Positions 59,187 through 64,000 of a DNA stretch of 64,000 bases are shown piece by piece. The notes below the pieces were generated by a model that was given only the letters and a program-made list of their open reading frames with translations, had not been told where the DNA came from and did no database searches. Position numbers and translations under genes: made by a program. Source of the stretch: a virus; IMG/VR virus record IMGVR_UViG_3300032116_000062, positions 1 to 64,000 of that record, one strand, 5' to 3'. Each line of letters starts with the position of its first letter. The stretch's first letter is position 1.

Positions 59187-60154
59187 AAGTCCTAATTACA
59201 GGAGGTGCAGGTTATCTGGGTTCTGTTATTGTCGGAAAATTATTAGAATACGGATACGATGTGGTTGTTTTGGATAAATTACTATTTAACCAAACATCAT
59301 TACTTCAATATACATCGAATCCAAATTTTAAATTTATTTATGGAGATGTTCGTAATCAAATAGAATTAGAAAGATTATGTAATGAATCTGACATAATTAT
59401 TCCATTGGCAGCAATTGTTGGATTTCCGGCATGTGCATCTGATCCTAAATTGGCAAAAGAAATTAATTACGATCAGATTGTTAATATTGTAAAATATACA
59501 ATTGGAAAAGGTAAAAAAATATTATATCCAAATACAAATAGTGGATATGGTATTGCAGAAGGTCAATCCGAGTGTACCGAAGAATCACCACTTACACCAA
59601 TATCAGTATACGGACAAACAAAATGTGATGCAGAGAATTTTTTAAGAGTATCAACGGATGCAATTATTTTTAGATTAGCAACGGTTTTTGGAGTATCACC
59701 AAGAATGAGAACGGATTTATTGGTAAATGATTTTACTTACAAAGCGATAACGGATAAGTACATAGTAGTATTCGAAAAATCATTCAAGAGAAATTTTATT
59801 CATATAGAAGATGTTGCATCTGCATTTTTATATATGATACAAAATTATGATAAATATAAATCCCAAGTTTTTAATGTAGGTTTGAGTACTGCAAATCTAT
59901 CAAAGCAGGAGTTATTAGAGAAGATTCAGGCCCATGTAAACGACTTTGCAGTATCTTATAATGATTACTACGAAGACCCGGATAAAAGAGATTATATCGT
60001 TTCTAACGCAAAAATAGAATCGACAGGTTGGAAACCAATGTGGGATTTGGATATGGGAATTAAACAATTGATTCAGGGGTATCAAATGATAGTTCCCAAA
60101 ATGGGAGCAGAATTCAGAAATGGATTCCCATTGGGTTACGCAAATAAAACATAA
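59183..60154 (+). CDS. NAD-dependent epimerase/dehydratase (extended SDR)
   Basis: TGGAGYLG, YGQTK, RLATVFGVSPRMR. Confidence 0.9.
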   Translation: MKVLITGGAGYLGSVIVGKLLEYGYDVVVLDKLLFNQTSLLQYTSNPNFKFIYGDVRNQIELERLCNESDIIIPLAAIVGFPACASDPKLAKEINYDQIVNIVKYTIGKGKKILYPNTNSGYGIAEGQSECTEESPLTPISVYGQTKCDAENFLRVSTDAIIFRLATVFGVSPRMRTDLLVNDFTYKAITDKYIVVFEKSFKRNFIHIEDVASAFLYMIQNYDKYKSQVFNVGLSTANLSKQELLEKIQAHVNDFAVSYNDYYEDPDKRDYIVSNAKIESTGWKPMWDLDMGIKQLIQGYQMIVPKMGAEFRNGFPLGYANKT

Positions 60155-60155
60155 T

Positions 60156-60710
60156 ATGAGTTATAAAGACAAAAAATGGAATGATATTGAGGTATCATTC
60201 TTAAAACCATTTGCATGTGAAGTGCCTGTATTTTCACCATCCGTTTACAGAGAGTATAGAGGGGAAATATGGACAACATACCATAGTGAAATACATCCTG
60301 TTATGGATTACATACACTATGATAAGGAAGAAATCAACATTCACGGTAGATTTTCCAAATCATACAAAGGTGTGTTGCGAGGATTGCATTGGGATACAAA
60401 GACTTGGAAATTAGTACAAGCTTTAGTTGGTGATATATTTTTGGTTGTATTGGATATGAGAAAAGATTCACCTACATATGGTGATTGGAATTCATTTTTA
60501 TTAACAGAAAAAACTAGAGACCAAGTTTTAGTTCCTCCTGGATTTGCAAATGGACATTACGCATTAACCGATTGTGTATTTCATTATAACTTATTTTATA
60601 AAGGAGATTTTGTTGAAGAAAATGCACAAAATGTGGTTAAGTGGAACGATCCAGAATATCAAATCGAATGGCCAACCGATAAACCAATATTACAAAAAAG
60701 AGACAGATGA
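60156..60710 (+). CDS. rmlC: dTDP-4-dehydrorhamnose 3,5-epimerase family (RmlC)
   Basis: GVLRGLH, KLV..LVG.IF.V.LDMR..SPTYG, VPPGFANGH, WNDP..I.WP. Confidence 0.85.
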   Translation: MSYKDKKWNDIEVSFLKPFACEVPVFSPSVYREYRGEIWTTYHSEIHPVMDYIHYDKEEINIHGRFSKSYKGVLRGLHWDTKTWKLVQALVGDIFLVVLDMRKDSPTYGDWNSFLLTEKTRDQVLVPPGFANGHYALTDCVFHYNLFYKGDFVEENAQNVVKWNDPEYQIEWPTDKPILQKRDR

Positions 60711-61336
60711 TAAAAAATTTAGAAAAATATCCAGTAGTAAGAGAATCAGAGTATACAGTCGATTCTCTTATTGATTTTGAAAATTTAATAGTAAAGCACT
60801 GGGAGACCGGAAAAATAAAAGGACCCGTACACCTATCAAACGGAAATGAAGAACCACTTATTGAAATATTTAAAAGAATAAAAAAATCGGATTGGGTTTT
60901 TAGTACTTGGCGTTCACATTATCATATACTACTGAAAGGAGTATCTCAATCGTGGATAGAAGAACAAATTGTTAAAGGAAAATCCATTACATTGTGCAAT
61001 ATTGATGAGAAGTTTTACGCATCTGCAATTGTAGGTGCAACTCTTTCAATTGCATTAGGAACGGCACTATCTATTAAAAGGTCAGGTGGTGATGATAAAG
61101 TTTGGGTATTTGTTGGAGATATGAGTTTTGAAAGCGGTATTTTTTATGAGGTTCATAAATACGCTAGAAACTTCGACCTTCCTTTGTATTTTGTAGTAGA
61201 AGATAATGGTGTTTCAACGTACACACCAACCGAAGTAACATGGAATGTAAAACGTGAAATTCCTGAAGATGTAATTTGGTATGATTATAAATCAAAATAT
61301 CCACATTATGGAAGTGGAAAATGGATAGCATTTTAA
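60707..61336 (+). CDS. ThDP-dependent enzyme, E1-alpha-like (diphosphate-binding) subunit
   Basis: GPVHLS.G.E, STWRSH, GDMS...EDN ThDP motif; only 209 aa. Confidence 0.85.
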   Translation: MIKNLEKYPVVRESEYTVDSLIDFENLIVKHWETGKIKGPVHLSNGNEEPLIEIFKRIKKSDWVFSTWRSHYHILLKGVSQSWIEEQIVKGKSITLCNIDEKFYASAIVGATLSIALGTALSIKRSGGDDKVWVFVGDMSFESGIFYEVHKYARNFDLPLYFVVEDNGVSTYTPTEVTWNVKREIPEDVIWYDYKSKYPHYGSGKWIAF

Positions 61337-61338
61337 TT

Positions 61339-62271
61339 ATGAAAAAAGTATTAATAACAGGATGTAGTGGATTGGTAGGAATCCATTTGGTAAAAAAGTG
61401 TTTGGATAAAGGATATGCTGTTGTTGGTGTGGATATTAGATATTCCGATAGTTTACCAATTTCAGATAATTTTACCTTTTACCAACTAGATTTAACAATC
61501 GAAGATAACATAAAAAACCTTTTCTTTTTTGAAACCCCTGATGTAGTTTTTAATGCATTCGGTGTAAAAGGTTCACCAATGAGAGCAAAAAATAATCCAG
61601 TTGATTTTTTATATCCATCTTTTAAAATCAATACGGAAATTATTAACCAATGTGCTAAAAACAATATTTGGTTGGTTTTTGTTAGTTCGGTTGGAGTATA
61701 TGCACCGGCGGAAAAGTTTGAAGAAGAATCCGTTTGGAAAACATTACCATCCAATGCCGATTGGTTTCCTGCATGGAGTAAACGAATGGGTGAGTTACTT
61801 TTACAATCATACGAAGTACAAACTGGATATAATAAATGGTCTATTATAAGGCCTGCAAACATATTCGGGGAATATGATGATTTTAGTGGAAACGGAACGG
61901 TCATAGCATCTACCATAAAAAAAGTTTATGATGCAACCGATTCCATCGAAGCTTGGGGTGATGGATCACCTATTAGAGATTTTGTTTATGCCGGAGATGT
62001 CGCGGATGCGATTATAGATTTGTATCAATATCAGTATCACACTACTATAAATTTTGGATGTGGAGAAGAGATAACCATCAAAGAAATTATAGAAATGGTT
62101 GTAGAAATTAGTGGTAAAAAAATTGATATAAATTGGGATACATCTAAACCAAACGGAGATAAAAGACGACAGATGGATATAACAAAACAAACAAAATATA
62201 AGATTTTACCAAAAATGGGGATAAAAGAAGGAATTAAAAAAACATATAAATTTTATGAAAAAAACAGATAA
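61339..62271 (+). CDS. NAD-dependent epimerase/reductase (GDP-fucose synthase-like, atypical)
   Basis: TGCSGLVG, RPANIFG, WGDGSPIRDF; PAWSK in place of YxxxK. Confidence 0.85.
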   Translation: MKKVLITGCSGLVGIHLVKKCLDKGYAVVGVDIRYSDSLPISDNFTFYQLDLTIEDNIKNLFFFETPDVVFNAFGVKGSPMRAKNNPVDFLYPSFKINTEIINQCAKNNIWLVFVSSVGVYAPAEKFEEESVWKTLPSNADWFPAWSKRMGELLLQSYEVQTGYNKWSIIRPANIFGEYDDFSGNGTVIASTIKKVYDATDSIEAWGDGSPIRDFVYAGDVADAIIDLYQYQYHTTINFGCGEEITIKEIIEMVVEISGKKIDINWDTSKPNGDKRRQMDITKQTKYKILPKMGIKEGIKKTYKFYEKNR

Positions 62272-63250
62272 AATATTAGTAACGGGAGCAAGTGGATTTA
62301 TAGGATCCAGATTACTTAAATCATTAATAGAAGCAGGATATACGAATATTAGAGCAGTTACCTATAAAAGAAATTTAACTAATGATATCCCAAATATAGA
62401 AGGTAATTTTGAACATTATAAGGGAGATTTGACAGATGCTAAATTTTGTGAAATAGTATCGAAAGAGGTGGATGTTGTTTTTCATTGTGCGGCAAATACC
62501 ACAAATGCATTGGATACAAAAGTAAATCCATTATTACATGTAACTCAAAATGTAGAAATGAATGTAAATCTAATGGAACAATCTTGGAAAAATAATGTTC
62601 GTAAGTTTATGTTCATATCATCAAATACGGTTTATCCAAATATAGGTAGTGAGTATTGTACTGAAGATATGGAAGTACAAACACCGAATATATATCCGGC
62701 ATATAAAGCAGTTGGTAATATGAAACGATACGGAGAAACACTTTGTGATTTCCTATCCAATCATATTCATAATCCAATGCAATGTATCATCATCAGACCT
62801 TCCAATGCGTATGGTCCAAATGATAAATACGATTACGAAAAATGCCACGTTACTCCTGCAAACATTCGTAAGGTAGCAGATGGGTTAAATCCAATACCTG
62901 TTTGGGGTGATGGAAGTGAGATTAGAGATATTATTCATGTAGATGATATGGTAAGTGGATTTATTTGCGTAGCAGAAAACGTAGATAAATACGATGTTTA
63001 TAATGTGTGTTATGGTAGAGGATATTCGGTAAATGAAGTACTAAATACCATAAAAGAGATTGAACAAAATTCTAACCCAATCGAATATGTTAGTAATAAG
63101 GCACCAATGATACCTGTTAGACTACTTTCGAATGATAAACTTCTTAAATTGGGATGGAAACCGAAGTACGATTTAAAAACAGGATTAAAAGATGCACTAA
63201 ATTGGTATAAAGCAAACAAACATTTATTTAACCCAAATTCAAAACCATAA
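62255..63250 (+). CDS. NAD-dependent epimerase/reductase (GDP-fucose synthase-like, atypical)
   Basis: TGASGFIG, RPSNAYGPND, HVTPA, WGDGSEIRD; VGNMK in place of YxxxK. Confidence 0.85.
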   Translation: MKKTDKILVTGASGFIGSRLLKSLIEAGYTNIRAVTYKRNLTNDIPNIEGNFEHYKGDLTDAKFCEIVSKEVDVVFHCAANTTNALDTKVNPLLHVTQNVEMNVNLMEQSWKNNVRKFMFISSNTVYPNIGSEYCTEDMEVQTPNIYPAYKAVGNMKRYGETLCDFLSNHIHNPMQCIIIRPSNAYGPNDKYDYEKCHVTPANIRKVADGLNPIPVWGDGSEIRDIIHVDDMVSGFICVAENVDKYDVYNVCYGRGYSVNEVLNTIKEIEQNSNPIEYVSNKAPMIPVRLLSNDKLLKLGWKPKYDLKTGLKDALNWYKANKHLFNPNSKP

Positions 63251-63792
63251 TGAGTAAGCCGGAATATACACCATATAAAGATGCATTATCAAATGCAATG
63301 AAATTATTAGGAGAAAAAGATGATACTATATTTATAGGACAGCAGATAGTTTATGCTGGCAATCCTATGAGTACAACGTTAGGAGATGTATCGAAGGAAA
63401 AAATGGTAGAACTACCTGTTATGGAAGAAACCCAAATGGGAATGAGTTTGGGAATAGCAATGACACAAAAAACGGTTATTACATTTTATCCTCGCTGGGA
63501 TTTTATAATATGTGCAGCAAATCAATTGATAAATCATATTGATAAATACGAATTGATGACAGGAAAAAAAGCAAATATACTTATTAGATTAGGAAAAGGT
63601 TCGGATAAACCATTAGATCCTGGACATCAGCACAAAGGAAATTATTTTGAAGAATTTAAATCTATGTGTAAAAATATAACCTTCCACAATTTAGAAAAGT
63701 GGGAAGATATAGAACCTGCATACGAACTCGCATACCAAACGGGTGGAGTACATTGTTTAGTTGAATATCCAGAATTATACTATAAAAATTAA
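63250..63792 (+). CDS. ThDP-dependent enzyme, E1-beta-like (pyrimidine-binding) subunit
   Basis: FIGQ, ELPVMEETQMG...G.A, DF...A.NQLINH, GHQH; lacks the C-terminal domain. Confidence 0.85.
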   Translation: MSKPEYTPYKDALSNAMKLLGEKDDTIFIGQQIVYAGNPMSTTLGDVSKEKMVELPVMEETQMGMSLGIAMTQKTVITFYPRWDFIICAANQLINHIDKYELMTGKKANILIRLGKGSDKPLDPGHQHKGNYFEEFKSMCKNITFHNLEKWEDIEPAYELAYQTGGVHCLVEYPELYYKN

Positions 63793-63796
63793 ATTT

Positions 63797-63922
63797 ATGA
63801 AAAATTGGCCAATCATATCTTTTTTCGTAAAAATATGGGAAGAAAGACAGAGAAAAAAAAGATTTAAAAAGAAATTGGAAGAATTAAAAAAAAGGGATCC
63901 TTTCGTTTATAAAAATTTCTAA
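63797..63922 (+). CDS. small basic protein (41 aa, not in ORF track)
   Basis: MKNWPIISFFVKIWEERQRKKRFKKKLEELKKRDPFVYKNF*. Confidence 0.55.
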   Translation: MKNWPIISFFVKIWEERQRKKRFKKKLEELKKRDPFVYKNF

Positions 63923-63943
63923 AATTTTAGGATATTTATATGT

Positions 63944-64000
63944 ATGAATTTAATAAACGAAGTAGATAAGCCAGAAGTAAAGAAAACGGTAGTAGTATAC
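63944..64000 (+). CDS. 5' fragment of a CDS running off the window
   Basis: ATG after ATATTTAT (63932-63939); MNLINEVDKPEVKKTVVVY, open to the window end. Confidence 0.5.
   Translation, partial: MNLINEVDKPEVKKTVVVY

Noticed and set aside
296-63219. Numerous - strand ORFs of 60-260 aa in the ORF track (e.g. 30665..31450, 20526..21047, 35586..36077, 27600..27944)
   Set aside because: They lie antisense to well-supported + strand genes, have Phe/Ser/Ile-rich shadow composition and lack motifs; only 3109..3300 and 32359..32544 sit mostly in gaps and have upstream motifs
60707-63792. Pyruvate dehydrogenase as an auxiliary metabolic gene
   Set aside because: Both subunits are truncated, no E2/E3 is present in the window, and they are interleaved with NDP-sugar enzymes
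38361-63792. Bacterial O-antigen/capsule locus or giant-virus (NCLDV) origin
   Set aside because: No flippase, polymerase or exporter; directly coupled to a phage tail fibre; gp25/gp6/gp55-like genes and phage-type promoter motifs on both sides indicate a tailed phage
1-64000. Stop-codon reassignment as seen in some large phages
   Set aside because: Long intact ORFs in code 11; TAA, TAG (e.g. 1356, 55335) and TGA (e.g. 582, 6309) all end genes right before the next start
1-64000. CRISPR array, tRNA/rRNA genes, IS/integrase, intein or intron
   Set aside because: No regularly spaced repeats, no intergenic space with a cloverleaf, no transposase or integrase motifs, and no intein-like insertions in primase or SbcDC seen by eye; tRNAscan-SE/Infernal would be needed to exclude small RNAs

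Overview
An AT-rich, densely coded 64-kb segment of a large tailed (myovirus-type, probably jumbo) bacteriophage genome, almost entirely on the + strand and read in the standard code. The host is most likely Bacteroidota: five TTTG-N20-TAnnTT(T/A)(G/A) promoters are present and Shine-Dalgarno sites are not evident. Layout: (1) 0-10.4 kb, accessory, host-takeover and tailoring genes (2OG-Fe(II) oxygenases, GNAT, sulfotransferase, HD protein, Hsp20, UvsE, HxGH nucleotidyltransferase, peptide deformylase, gp55-like sigma factor, carbamoyltransferase). (2) 10.4-27.8 kb, baseplate and virion module (gp5-, gp25- and gp6-like proteins plus large structural proteins). (3) 27.9-32.5 kb, T7-endonuclease-I-like resolvase, primase, a single-chain SbcD-SbcC (Mre11-Rad50) fusion and a divergent RHH-like regulator. 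(4) 32.6-38.4 kb, a 1910-aa tail fibre with a self-cleaving chaperone. (5) 38.4-64 kb, about 26 co-oriented glycan synthesis and tailoring genes: GTs, two GT7 enzymes with an inserted LamG domain, four SGNH-like proteins, a radical SAM enzyme, nucleotide-sugar enzymes and a split ThDP enzyme. Best candidate for an undescribed system: phage-encoded virion glycosylation, in which the glycan cluster acts on a recurrent [S/T]-[G/A/S]-S motif that is abundant in the virion proteins and essentially absent from the enzymes checked. Also notable: a shared C-terminal K..LI/II tag on tailoring enzymes, a late-promoter candidate (ATATTTAT) that is the reverse complement of the T4 late box, and a peptide deformylase with a SecA-like tail. 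All family calls come from motif recognition by eye, not from database searches.
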